Below are positions 25,008 to 38,749 of a DNA stretch of 64,000 bases, one piece after another (position 1 is the first letter of the stretch; each line of letters opens with the position of its first letter). Source of the stretch: Takakia lepidozioides (taxonomy: Eukaryota > Plantae > Bryophyta). Under the pieces are notes generated by a model, which had not been told where the DNA came from, made no database searches, and was given only the letters and a program-made list of their open reading frames with translations. Location of the stretch: NCBI GenBank assembly GCA_030704615.1, contig CM060731.1:2604001-2668000 (forward strand), in the 5' to 3' direction. Position numbers and translations under genes: made by a program.

Positions 25008-28000
25008 TTAATCTTGAAAATCATCGGAATCCTCATCCTGTTCTAGACTGTCCTGCTCCTCCTCCACCCCCTCAGTGCCTCTCTCATCTCCAGCGGACTG
25101 CTCGTTGGCCAGGCTTTCGAAAATCCCATCTTCCCCTTGCGGAACTGTCCATCTCACCTCCGTTGGGTCGTCCTCCTCCCTGTCTGCGTCGCTCTCATCC
25201 GCTGAATCACATATGTACTTTCGTACTCGTCTACCTGTCTGAGCTGCTGCCAACTCTTTCCTTATCCTTCTGTCCTCCCTAGCCCTCTCCAAAATCTGCT
25301 CTACTTTACTGGGATTCTCACTTCTTCTAATCGCTGTATTTGCGAGTTTAGCTGCATAACTAGGAAGGGAGTAGTCCCTCACCGGGCTCGTCATGAAGTC
25401 GGCCCTCGCAAAGAACGGGACATTCTTCCTGGCAGGAAGTGTAGGCCCTACATGTTTCGACCCGGACCCTGCAATCCTGCACATGACAATCATCAACGAG
25501 ACTAATGAGAACCACAGTCGGGAAATTCCTTTGACATAAATGACCCAGAAGGCTTTGCAAACTTACAATGTTTGCACTCACTCGTATTCCGGGTTCTCCT
25601 CTGCATCAATGTCCACTGTGTCTTCCTCGGACTCCGACGAATCCGAGGAGACTTCCGCTCTGTCGGGAGCCTTCACATTCCGTTGCAGCCCCTCCAGATG
25701 GGATCCCCACACGGATGAATCCTCCTCGTAGGCAAAGAGGTGCCGGTCGGAAAACCGCCCAGCCCACATTGAGGCACCTGTTACAATGCCATCCACACAT
25801 TACCACATGGCGCTTCAGATGTTGCGAACTACATTCTAACGAGAATTTGCAGAACAGCAGAGATCAAGATTCTGCATACCTGTCCCACAGATGAGGTCCA
25901 GCACTGTGCCCTCCACGTCTGTGCATGTCTCCATAATTGTCTGAATGAAGGCAGGGCTCCGAGTCCGTGAGTACCGCAGGGGTTCCGTTGAAGTGAGGCT
26001 ATGAGGGAGAAGTTCCTTGGGAACGTTGTTGAACAGAACGTCGTAATCGAGTGGGTCGCAGTTCGGGTCAACCTTTCCTCCCTCCTTCCGGAAAGCAAAG
26101 GTGGAGTTTTCCTTCACAAAGCAGTATGCATCGAACTGCTTCGTCTGCATACACAGGGGGAAAACGATTAGAAACCGAATGCGGCACCGCATTTGAAAGC
26201 ACCCAAGCAAATAAATGGACGAGTGCCAGTGTCGTAATCACCTTCTTCCCTTCCGACCGAAGGCCCAGTGTGTTGATGCACGTCCACTTCTTTTTCAGAA
26301 TCGGGACGGCGCTCTTGCGGGTCCACTTCGCAATTCCTGTCTGAGTGTTTTTTCCTCTGCTCGCCAGGACAACCACACAGCCTCTGTCGTCCAACACCAT
26401 GCGGGCAAGCCCGAATCCTTTCTTCCAAAAGTCCTCCGAGTACCTGTTCCAAGATGGCAAAGCTTGCAGTCCTTCCACAGGCTCTCCGTCCGGAATATCC
26501 AAGATGATCATATCGCAAGACCACTCGGTGGCATTTCCGCCCCTCCTACAATCCTTGTCTGCACACACCCTCTCAAAGAACGAGACCATATTCTGAAATC
26601 CTGGGGTGTCGGAAGGCTCTTCGGCAGTCGCCTTCTTCAGTGCTCTGCCCTTCAGACCCTCCATGGTCTTCATGTATGCCAACTTGGCTGCCCGTCCATC
26701 CAAAGCCGCCAAGAAACTCTCATTTACACACTGGACTACAGTTTCGGGAGCCACTTTCGGCCTCTTCATTTCCACCGGCTCGAAAGGGTGCCCCCCTGGG
26801 GGGTTGAAGAGTGCCTTCTTTGCCGAGCCAGTTCTCGTGCCTCTGGTGACAACGGTGGGCACAGGGGAGGCAGCCTGCGTTTGGGGGGGTGGGCTGGTTG
26901 CAAAGTCTCCATCGGAGTCCTCTTCCTCACCCTCTTCCTGAACAGGCTGTTTCTGCTTCTTCGTTTTGGCGGGTGTCACAACAGCTGCTCCTTGCTGGCG
27001 AGTCCTCTTCTTCGACCCCTTCTGTTGGGCCTGCACAGCTGCATCCACCGTCTTTTGTGCCATCTCAGCTGCCTTTCTGGATTCTTCCAGAGCAGCAGAT
27101 TCCTTTGCCGACTTTGGCCCAGCAGGGACACGTCTTTCCTTTCTCTTCTCTTCTGCCAAGGCGTGCAGATCTTTCTCAGACTCGTCAACAATACCGCCAG
27201 ACATGTCCAGGTACCACGGGCATCCAACGAGATGCGCGGGATGCCATTGTTTCTGCATCTCGGGTGTGTAGACACAGCTTGGGCCCGCCACGGTCCAAGC
27301 CATGAAGAACGGGGGCTCTTGAGCGAGGGCCCCTGTCTGAAGGAGCACGTATTTCATATACCTGCAAGGCAGTCAGCATGCGTGAGCAAAACTTGAGACC
27401 AACCTACTGGCAGAGTGCCACCGAAAACATAAAATGCGAATGCGGTGCCGCATTTCCGAGACAAACCTCGTAACCAGGCTTCGCATACAAGGGCAGCTGT
27501 GCTTCACCTAAACAATTCGCATTGCAGCTTTCCCCGCTCCCTCCTGATGTGTAAACTCCACGCTCCTTCTTGCTGTCTGTAGCTCTCTGGCGAAAAGGTT
27601 GTCCTTGTACGCACATCTGAAACGTGTCACGTAGTCTTCCAATGTCTGTGTTCCATCCCATTTGACGTACAAGCCGAACGAATTTGTGTGCATTACGACT
27701 TGCTCCTTTGCATTCGACATTACCTGCGATTCCCAAATGCATTGTCACGTAGCAGTTCAGGGAATTCATGTCAGAAAAGCAAATCTGGGGAAGTACCTTG
27801 AATTACCTGGAACCACCAAGTCATACGGTTGAGCCACACATCCACTGCAGGGTCGGAAACTTCCAGTGGAAAAGACCACATTGTCCTTATGCTCTCGGAT
27901 GCATTCCAGATCGACAGCCACCGTGTCTGCCATTTCCGATCCAATGTCAGTGGCTGGAAGAGAGTGGCTATTGCTAGGAAGGAAATTCAGTGCATTGAAA

Positions 28001-29275
28001 CCTCACCTTCTCTTTCGCCTCCACACATGCCGTTGAGAGGTGATGCAGTTTCTCCAATTGCATGGTCGGCTGCATGGCCCGAGAATAGTGTTTTGCAATC
28101 TCGGGGATGAAGTCCTTTCCAAGTGCCGGATCTGCAATTGCCACCAGCTTCACAAGCTTTGACTTGTATTTGGTTCTGGACTTGACACCGGCTTCCTTCA
28201 AGTGCTCAGTCAATGACTGCAACGTTTTGACCTGCCCCTCACTTTCCATGAAGAAGCGTTTGGCATGGGCCAAATCCAGCTTGATGTTTGACTGCCAACA
28301 AAAACATGCAGAAGAGTTACATTCGATTCATAAGGAAACATTACTGGAAATTGGGGAAGGATGAGCAGAGGGAATTGGAGCACGACTTACTTCGTATATC
28401 ACCTCCACCATTCCATCCATAGTGAGACGATACCATGTCCGGTCTGTTTTTGCAACGGCTTTCTGAATGAGCTCCGGCTCCAGCATTTCCGCAAACATCT
28501 GCGGATCAGTAAGACCAGTTTTCCTCACCCTGTACAGCATATGTGCCATGTGGGTATGCACGTACGCATTCTCAGTGACCCTGCAAGGCACACTCTCCAG
28601 TTCAGTACACGGAAGCACGGAATCAAACCAGAATGGAAACCGAAATGCGGCACCGCATTTCGAATGTGCTAGGGAGGGTATGAGTATCTTACGAGTTGAG
28701 GTCCGCCATGGCATTCTTGAGGAGGGAGGAGTCTGCCGCCTTCACCTTGAGGATGACACACTCCACCATGTAATGCCAGCCAATGTGCTTGGCATGGTTC
28801 TGCTTGATGTACTCCCACCAGGCGAGAAGTCGGTGATTCCCGTCCCACACAAAGAACATTTTTCCCGACATATGGCCGAAGTCGGGATCACCCTTCAGCG
28901 TCGCCTCGAATTCGTGGTTGCGAGTGTGCCAGTGGGTATCCCACGTTGACAATTCATCGGCAGTGGGTCCACGGGTTTCGCCGTCCTCATTCTCTATGGA
29001 AACGTAAAACGCTGCCGATCCCAGACGGTACCCTTCTCAAAATGCAAACTTGAGCTTATCCACATCTCCGGGAAGGGCCTGCCTGACGATGGGAAGGGAG
29101 ACCATGCGACAGAGTGGGATTCGAAGAGTCCGCTGGAATACCCTGCTGCCCAGAACTCTGCCAATGCTACTGTGTGTCTCCTCCAACATTTTATCCGCTG
29201 CACTTTTGAAATCCTCCGGAGACATGTCTGTAGGTGCCGGTAGTGGCTGAGCAGCTGGAGCATCCTCAACTGGAG
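25008..29275 (-). pseudogene. Family-B spliced gene: ParB/Srx-like domain plus beta-class N6A/N4C methyltransferase-like domain (copy B1, 5' end deleted)
   Basis: ParB-like: IPLCRMVSLPIVRQALPGDVDKLKFAF*EGY...FFVWDGNHRLLAW. MTase-like: CDMIILDIPDG...FWKKGFGLARMVLDDRGCVVV, RSPAFIQTIMETCTDVEGTVLDLICGTG, intron, ASMWAGRFSDRHLFAYEED. Intron positions are shared with family A. Confidence 0.8.
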
Positions 29276-29500
29276 CTGTCAGGAGATGTTATTTCGTCGC
29301 CGAATCGGCCATCATTGTCCTACTCACTGGCTATGGAATCAAACCTCCCACCTTCATGCATGTAGCTTGAAACAATACTTTCCACTTCAATGTGCGACTT
29401 CCAATTGTCGATGGACTCCGCAGATCCACTTAGATGGTGCCTGTGAGCCTTGGTCTCTCGCTATACTGAACCTCGCACTTGCCAACTCCGTGCGGTGTTC

Positions 29501-32500
29501 GATGGCTCCGAATTCCTACGCTATAGTTTGCTGTCCTCCGCAACTTGGGAGAGCCTGGATCCCAAACGAGGGAGGACTTTGCAGAGTGACTGAAACTTAC
29601 CTTTGTTCCAAATTCAAGCTCAAACCGGGCACAGTTTATTTGGAAGAAGAAAGGAAGGATGTTCCTGGACAGGTTGACGAGACCATTGTCGTGCTAGGTA
29701 ACGACGGAGGTTGCGGAATCGAATGGCACGTTCCCCGTCAGACACCATCCTGTACCGAGCTGTGGGAATGCCCATTCCCTTTCCGAATCAGTCGCTGCCC
29801 ACACCATCCACAAAGGAGTCCGGAAACCGAGAGGCGGCCACTGCCAACAGAGAGGTATGCAACGATAATCATTCCCGACCTGGACCGTCAAGACCCTCCA
29901 TAGCTTCTCGTGTGGACGTATTCGACATTTCCGACGAGGAAGATGATTGCATTGAGGTACCCATGTCCTCCACACGGTCGTTCAAATCCGGCATGGACGT
30001 CTCTGTAGGTGCTACGCATGTGCCCTCGAGCATAACTCCAACCCGGTCCATTGTGCAGCTCCTACGACAACATCACCTCGATGGTTCTCGCTCCGAGCTG
30101 GCTGCTCTCGACTATGCCAAATCCCAGTCAGAAAGGTAACGTTTCTGCCTCCCGAAGTCGATGGCAATGTCATCTTCGAGTTTCCACCTGTTTCTTCGTC
30201 AAAGAAAGCCTCCGGGATGTTAACAGACATGGATCGAAAGCATGACGGACACCCCTGGTGTGTGACGAAGACCAGTAGCACGAAAATTGCTGATGGTGTT
30301 CGTGTACGATATGTCCTCTGTGCGGGGAAGCTGAGGTGCCTCAATCCCACCTGCTTCCACTTTCTCTCCAAAGGAGGGCGGAGAAACGAGACGGATTGGA
30401 CTGGCACAACGCATCATCCATTCATTGTCTCCAGCCAAGCTCCTGCGGGTTCTTTCAAGTGTGCACATTGCAAAGAACCACCGACGTGCATGTCCATGTG
30501 CAGAGCCAAGCAATATTACGTAATCCATTTGCTCCCGGACTTGACTAGAGCTTGCATACACGTTGGGGTCCACTGCCACCCCTTGGCGAGAGGCAACATG
30601 CGTGAGGCTGTGCAGGAAGCACACGACATCATAAAAGAGGAGGTGAAATTGAGCCCCGGAGCCAGACCAAAGCAGATTCAGCTGAAGGCAGCCCACAAGA
30701 TTGCTCTTGGCAAAATCATGTCTGAAGATGGTTCCGACCGAGAGCCCTTGACCGAAGACGAGATGCGTGACCTCTTGGAGTCCGTCTCGCACGTTTGTAG
30801 TCCGAATGTGCGGAATCACATCGTATCTTGCAAGCAGGAGTTCGGCAGGGGGTCGGACATGTACTCAATCCTGGAGGTGAAACGAATGACTGGATATGAC
30901 TACATCCAAGGTAGCAGGTTTCCAGGGCAAGGCAGCGAATCCGATCGTTGTTACATTTTCAAAATGTCGACGTGTGGGCCTGGGAGTGGAGTCGACTTGG
31001 TCACTCGCATGACAACTGGAAACTTGTCGAATGCTTGGGTGATGTTTGATCACATCAAGCGAATTACAAACCATCAGTGGGTGACTATGGTGCGCATGTT
31101 TATGACTATCACTCCAAGAGGCTCATGACGATTGCAATCTGCGAGATGAAAGGGAGGACACACAGTCCGAGATGCATCTGTGGGAGGGCATAAACCAGCA
31201 GATGGCAAGGGCGGGATTGCCAGAGCCCAATTTCAGGGGATTCATGGCAGACAACGCTCAGGCCAACTGGGCAGCGGTGCGGCGTGTGTACGGTGAGGAC
31301 CCCAATGTTCCAATGGAGGGGAAAGAGAGATCATGTGGATTCCATTGGATGCAGAGTCTATCCCACTACACTACCAAATTTGTTGCTAGCTCATTCCAGG
31401 CTGAACACCGTGTCCTTTGTACGGCGTGGAAGGATGCACCCACATTTGATGACGCGGAGGTTAAGTTTGCTATCATCGAGGCTTGGTGGAACACGTCAGG
31501 TGCAGTGGAGACAACCAATCTGGGAGCATTGCACAGCTGGTTGGGGTGGTGGCATTTTCGGTATCGACAGTTCGGACAGTACATGCGGGAGGTAGGCTGC
31601 TGTCAATTTCGTTCATTTGTCTTTCTGTTACGGACATTTCAATTGGTCCCTCACCGTTGTTTGTGTCCTTCTAGGAGCGGTGCTTGGATTCCGACACGGA
31701 CATGCCGAACACGAATATGGCAGAATCGGTCCACTCCTCCTGGCGAGCGTCTTCTGCCGCACATCTGGTGGACGTAGTGACGGCCACAACGGAGGACATC
31801 GACAGAGCAATCATGCAGCAAGCCACGTACTACAAGTTCCTGAGCGGCAAACAATGGGGCTTTGGGCCGGACAGGGAGGAATTGTTGGTACGAACAGCTT
31901 CGAGGTCCAAGAATCCAGTGAAATGGGCGACAGCATTGCGAGAGAAGATCAAAGGGACGCCTCTGCACCGCAGAGGTGAACACCTAGAGGGGGACGTCCG
32001 GACTCGCCCTGTCAGGCGGAGGATTGAAGAGGAACCCGGGTGCGAAGAGGATTCCTGGAGATCCGACAGGAACATTCGGACAGCACCTCGAGGTCCCGTC
32101 ATGTTGCCGCACAATGTGTCTTCCAGCAGTGGAAGCCCAAGAAATTCCAGATCGCCGTCGCCTTCAACGGGGATTTCGTGCAACAAATTCCCACCGCTCC
32201 CTTGCCCCACATTCCGCCCGCTGTTATGCAGTATGGCCAAGCCATTGTGGAGACGACTGTGTCTGCCTCACAGTGGAGAATTGCTCGCACAAAGCCGTCG
32301 TTTCGAGGAAGGTGTTCCGCAATTCGTGTGGATACACGGCAACGTTGTTTAGAGATGATAAGGAGGAATCCAGATGGGCTGTCCCTGCTCCTACTTTTAC
32401 AGGAAGATTTGTCCATGCAAAGTTTGCGGAGGCGACAACCACCCAGTTCTGGTTCTGCAGGCACGACATTATGACTTGCGTGTATGGAAAGCCCAAGTAC

Positions 32501-33103
32501 GGCATACAGACAATGCCAGAGGCTCCCCCGGTGTGGCCGGTGGAACCAGGCTGCGATCTGAGTCAGGTTGAGGCCGACGCCCTTACCGCCGCAGGATTTC
32601 GGATGGTGCAGCGCACTGACGTGCCCAGACATCCATTTCCGCTTCCACAGCCTCCACCACCGACCCCTGAGAGAGCAAGAACAATGGGACACGACAGCTC
32701 TAAGCATCCTACACACCGTTGGGGGAAACCGAAGAGGCGGCGACCTCCCTCAAAAGTGAACGAGACAAGGATGGGGAATGCACTTCGGATGAACTGTACA
32801 ATCCAGAGCTCGACAGAAGTGCCCCCACCAGGATTCGGGCGTGTGTATCAGATGGCCACGGCGGGCTCAGCTGTTCGCAATGAGGTGTACACCATCACCA
32901 TTTCAGAATTACCCACCTGCAATTGCACCGACTTCCAGATCATGGCGAACAAGGGGGCATCATACTGCCCTTGCAAGCATTTGTACTACGTGTACCTAAA
33001 GAGACTCCGTTGTAATTCCACAACTCATCACTTCATACATGCACCAGGGTTGAGCCCCCAGGAGGTTCACACTCTTCTGAATATGGATCCAGGGGACCAG
33101 TGA
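29501..33103 (+). pseudogene. MULE DDE transposase with N-terminal GCM/WRKY-like Zn domain and C-terminal SWIM (copy B1)
   Basis: CAGKLRCLNPTC...CAHC...HVGVHCHP; WVMFDHIKR, FMADNAQAN, CGFHW and TNMAESVH (D-D-CxxH-E); CNCTDF...CPCKH (SWIM). One intron at ~31592-31674 and a few frameshifts. Confidence 0.85.
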
Positions 33104-33952
33104 GCTTGGCTTGCGGTCCACATACAATGGTACGCCCATCCTTTTCGGATAGTAGAACTGTACTGCTGCCAGTACCTCAGACTCTGGCCACACAAAGGTC
33201 CGACATATGTCTTGCCTACCAGTAACCTGTTTGCTCGAACTAAGATATTACTATATCGTTCACTTGTTTCCACGTGCATGTATTTTTGTATGTTGGAGGG
33301 TTCATGTTTTTCTGCTTTCCGAAAACTTGCTCTCCTCATTCGACCTCCGACAAGGAAATGCGGCGCCGAATTTCCAAGTATGTCGTAGGTACCCCCAGAG
33401 GCGGCCTTCGCCAACACCAACCCGCTCCGAAATTTCGCACGTGCGAACCCTAATGCGGCACCCTATTTCCCAGTTCAGTTGCAAACCTTTCCCGCCGAAT
33501 ACCCGAAGAAGACAGAATTGTGAAGTACTGCAGACTGTATTGGTGCAGACTCCATTGGTTCAATCGCGGCAAAAGGGTCAGCTTCATTCCAATGTTAAGG
33601 CATGTAAAACCGCGGAATACTCTATACAGGCCAGTATGCGACGTCCTTTTGTAGTGGTATACTGGATTTCCCGTTGCACGGTCACTTATTTCCATGAGCG
33701 GATCTATAAAACCATGAGCGGACTTGTTACTGACGACATATCTTCGCCGCATTACATGATCTGGAACGTCCAAAAACGGCAAGGTCAAATAAAAAACTAT
33801 TATTTTAATACTTGTTTAATCTGCCGCATTTCCAAATTTGGAGGAGTCCGCTCATGAAATCCGCGTATCTTAGACTTCGGCTCACCGCTCATGCGGCTCA
33901 TGCGGCTCATGGCTCATGGCTCATGGTTTCTGCTCATGAAATAGTAAACCTC

Positions 33953-36900
33953 CATTGAGGCACCTGTTACAATGCCATCCACACATTACCACATGGCGCT
34001 TCAGATGTTGCGAACTACATCCTAACGAGAATTTGCAGAACAGCATAGATCAAGATTCTGCAAAACTGTCCCATAGATGAGGTCGAGCACTGTGCCCTCC
34101 ACGTCTGTGCATGTCTCCATAATTGTCTGAATGAAGGCAGGGCTCCGAGTCCGTGAGTACCGCAGGGGTTCCGTTGAAGTGAGGCTATGAGGGAGAAGTT
34201 CCTTGGGAACGTTGTTGAACAGAACGTCGTAATCGAGGGGGTCGCAGTTCGGGTCAACCTTTCCTCCCTCCTTCGGAAAGCAAAGGTGGAGTTCTCCTTC
34301 ACAAAGCAGTATGCATCGAACCGCTTCGTCTGCATACACAGGGGGAACGATTAGAAACCGAATGCGGCACCGCATTTGAAAACACCCAAGCAAATGAAAT
34401 GGACGAGTGCCAGTGTCGTAATCACCTTCTTCCCTTCCGACCGAAGGCCCAGTGTGTTGATGCACGTCCAATTCTTTTTCAGAATCGGGACGGCGCTCTT
34501 GCGGGTCCACTTCGCAATTCCTGTCTGAGTGTTTTTTCCTCTGCTCGCCAGGACAACCACACAGCCTCTGTCGTCCAACACCATGCGGGCAAGCCCGAAT
34601 CCTTTCTTCCAAAAGTCCTCGAGTACCTGTTCCAAGATGGCAAAGCTTGCAGTCTTCCACGGGCTCTCCGTCCGGAATATCCAAGATGATCATATCGCAA
34701 GACCACTCGGTGGCATTTCCGCCCCTCCTACAATCCTTGTCTGCACACACCCTCTCAAAGAACAAGACATATTTCTGAAATCCTGGGGTGTCGGAAGGCT
34801 CTTTGGCAGTCGCCTTCTTCAGTGCTCTGCCCTTCAGACCCTCCATGGTCTTCATGTATGCCAACTTGGCTGCCCGTCCATCCAAAGCCGCCAAGAAACT
34901 CTCATTTACACACTGGACTACAGTTTCGGGAGCCACTTTCGGCCTCTTCATTTCCACCGGCTCGAAAGGGTGCCCCCCTGGGGGGTTGAAGAGTGCCTTC
35001 TTTGCCGAGCCAGAGTTCTCGTGCTCTCGTGACAACGGTGGGCACAGGGGAGGCAACCTGCGTTGGGGGGGGGGTGGGGGGCTGGTTGCAAAGTCTCCAT
35101 CGGAGTCCTCTTCCTCACCCTCTTCCTGAACAGGCTGTTTCTGCTTCTTCGTGTTGGCGGGTGGGATGTCACAACAGCTGCTCCTTGCTGGCGAGTCCTC
35201 TTCTTCGACCCCTTCTGTTGGGCCTGCACAGCTGCATCCACCGTCTTTTGTGCCATCTCAGCTGCCTTTCGGATTCTTCCAGAGCAGCAGATTCCTTTGC
35301 CGACTTTGGCCCAGCAGGGACACGTCTTTCCTTCTCTTCTCTTCTGCCAAGGCGTGCAGATCTTTCTCAGACTCGTCAACAATACCGCCAGACATGTCCA
35401 GGTACCACGGGCATCCAACGAGATGCGCGGGATGCCATTGTTTCTGCATCTCGGGTGTGTAGACACAGCTTGGGCCCGCCACGGTCCAAGCCATGAAGAA
35501 CGGGGGCTCTTGAGCCAGGGCCCCTGTCTGAAGGAGCACGTATTTCATATACCTGCAAGGCAGTCAGCATGCGTGAGCAAAAGTGAGACAAACCTACTCG
35601 CAGAGTGCCACCGAAAACATAAAATGCGAATGCGGTGCCGCATTTCCGAGACAAACCTCGTAACCAGGCTTCGCATACAAGGGCAGCTGTGCTTCACCTG
35701 TAAACAATTCGCATTGCAGCTTCCCCGCTCCCTCCTGATGTGTAAACTCCACGCTCTTCTTGCTGTCTGTAGCTCTCTGGCGAAAAGGTTGTCCTTGTAC
35801 GCACATCTGAAACGTGTCACGTAGTCTTCCAATGTCTTGTTCCATCCCATTGACGTACAAGCTGAACGAATTGTGTGCATTACGACTTGCTCCTTCGCAT
35901 TCGACATTACCTGCGATTTCCCAAATGCATTGTCACGTAGCAGTTCAGGGAATTCATTTCAGAAAAGAAAATCTGGGGAAGTACCTTGAATTACCTGGAA
36001 ACACCAAGTCATACGGTTGAGCCACACATCCACTGCAGGGTCGAAAACTTCCAGTGGAAAAGACCACATTGTCCTTATGCTCTCGGATGCATTCCAGATC
36101 GACAGCCACCGTATCTGCCATTTCCGATCCAATGTCAGGAGCTGGAAGAGAGAGTGGCTATTGCTAGGAAGGAACTTCAGTGCATTGAAACCTCACCTTC
36201 TCTTTCGCCTCCAACACATGCCGTTGAGAGGTGATGCAGTTTCTCCAATTGCATGGTCAGCTGCATGGCCGAGAATAGTGTTTTGCAATCTGGGGATGAG
36301 TCCTTTCCAAGTGCCAGATCGGCAATTGCCACCAGCTTCACAAGCTGTGACTTGTATTTGGTTCTGGACTTGACACCGGCTTCCTTCAAGTGCTCAGTCA
36401 ATGACTGCAAACGTTTTGACCTGCCCCTCACTTTCCATGAAGAGCGTTTGGCATGGGCCAAATCCAGCTTGATGTTTGACTGGCCAACAAAAACATGCAG
36501 AAGCGTTACATTCGATTCATGTGGAAACATTACTGAAATGGGGGAGTAGGGAGGATGAGCCGGGAATTGGAGGACGACTTAATTTGTTATCACCTCCACC
36601 ATTCATCCATAGTGAGACGATACCATGTCCGGTCTGTTTTTGCAACGGCTTTCTGAATGAGCTCGGGCTCCAGCATTTCCGCAAACATCTCGCGAATCGT
36701 GAGACCAGTTTTCCTCACCCTGTAGCATATGTGCCATGTGGGTATGCACGTTACGCATTCTCAGTGACCCTGCAAGGCACACTCTCCAGGTCAGTACACG
36801 GAAGCACGGAAACAAACCAGAATGGAAACCGAAATGCGGCACCGCATTTCAAACGTGCTAGGGGGTATGAGTATCTTACGAGTTGAGGTCCGCCATGGCA

Positions 36901-38122
36901 TTCTTGAGCAGGGAGGAGTCTGCCGCCTTCACCTTCAGGATGACACACTCCACCATGTAATGCCAGCAATGTGCTTGGCATGGTTCTGCTTGATGTACTC
37001 CCACCAGGCGAGAAGTTGGTGATTCCTGTCCCACACAAAGAAAACATTTTTACCAGACATATGGCCGAAGTCTGGATCACCTTCAGCGTCGCCTCGAATT
37101 CGTCGTTGCGAGTGTGCCAGTGGGTATCCCACGTTGACAATTCATCGGCAGTGGGTCCACGAGTTTCACCGTCTCATTCTCAATGGAAAAGTAAAACGCT
37201 GCCGATCCCAGATGGTACCTTCTCGAATGCGAACTTCAGCTTATCCACATCTCCGGGAAGGGCCTGCCTGACAATGGAAGGGAGACCATGCGACAGAGTG
37301 GGATTCGAAGAGTCCGCTGGAATACCCTGCTGCCCAGAACTCTGCCAATGCTACTGTGTGTCTCCTCCAACATTTTATCCGCCTGCACTTTTGAAATCCT
37401 CCGGAGACATGTCTGTAGGTGCGGTGGTGTGGGGTTTAGTGGCTGAGCAGCTGGAGCATCCTCAACTGGAGCTGCACCTGGGGCCTGTGTGCGGGCAATT
37501 CTGCCATTGCAGAGGCTCCTCCGAGGCCTGTGCTCATCGGTGGTGAGGTTGGCTGCGAACGTTCGCGGCAGCACCTCTCCGGTACCAAATTGAGATCAAC
37601 GGTCGATCACTTGCCTTCGCTGCCAGCAGAGTCGGCCCCAACATCTGCAGGCGGGAAATCCTCCAGGAACTGAGCTTCAGCTCGTGGAAGCGGTTTGCGG
37701 GAGATTGTTCGGCCGTCGCCCTGATTGCCTTCTGCTTCATCATCCTTGCAGGTGAAGGTGTCTGCTGCAATGAATCTGTCTTTTACCCGACTGCTTCATT
37801 CGCGTGGGGGGGGTGAATCGGGCCTGAGCCGGTTCAGAAGCCAGTAGAGGGACGGGCTGATTCTTCTTCGACTTTGCTGGAGAGAAGGGGCCCGACCCCT
37901 GCTGGCGATTCTCCATGACCGAAGAACGCGAGTCGATCTCTGGGGCTTTGAACTTGCCCTTCGAAGCCGCGTCTTTGAATCGCACAGGGCTAGGCCGGAA
38001 GGAATACCGCGCCGGGGATCGGGGATGGGTGGGTGTACGTGCTGCAGCTAGCTCCTCGGACTCTTCTGCGGCGCTTCGGATTCTGCGATCCCTCCAGCAC
38101 GTCCACCTTTCCTGTTAGGCAT
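33953..38122 (-). pseudogene. Family-B ParB-MTase gene, copy B2 (retains the N-terminus)
   Basis: Near-identical to 25767-29275 with many indels. Extends upstream through a low-complexity N-terminus to a candidate ATG at 38122. Confidence 0.7.
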
Positions 38123-38749
38123 GCAACATGTTCTGCATTCAAGTCTCCTAGCATTCAGTCTAAGAAATTACAGAAGCAAAATGGGGGGTTCGGTGCTCAA
38201 TCAGCTGCCGCAGCCCGATCGCATGGAGCTCTCACTGGTGGCTGGGGTACTGAGGGGCTGCTGCTCGGAGATGGCAATCTCCTCCTGTAGACGCATCTGC
38301 TTCCTCCCCTTCGGCAATGGCCTACGTCCGAGAGTATAATTTCCGGAGCTTGCGACGAGGTCTCCTGTCTGGTGCACGAACTCCCCCCCTCTCAGGTTCG
38401 AGCATAAGAAGAACAGAGAGAGGGAAAAGGGGCAAAGAGTGCAGATGGAAAGGGCGCGAGAGGGGTGACTGAGGAGACACGACAAAAGTAGATGAAACGG
38501 CGGTGAATGCACCACTGGGTCCGAAAGGGTTGGACGAAAGGTCTCATCGTGGACTTTGCGTCATTACGAAAATTCGAATCGTTCAGGGTACGCCATGCCG
38601 TCCGAAAAACAAACATCATTATCAACGGTCAGGCCGCGCGCCTCATGCCCTTTCAGTCAGATAGAGTGCCGACATGTGCAGCAATTCCGTTGCTCCACGT
38701 GTTCACATTTCAAGGCATTTCCGTCCCAGCGTCTGATGAGTTGGAGCGA

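Noticed and set aside
26215-27396. Long antisense ORF (393 aa) and similar overlapping ORFs
   Set aside because: These are shadows of the minus-strand coding exon with no recognisable motifs.
25008-29275. Bacterial contamination as the source of the ParB-MTase gene
   Set aside because: The gene has GT-AG introns at conserved positions and lies within a TSD-flanked eukaryotic transposon.
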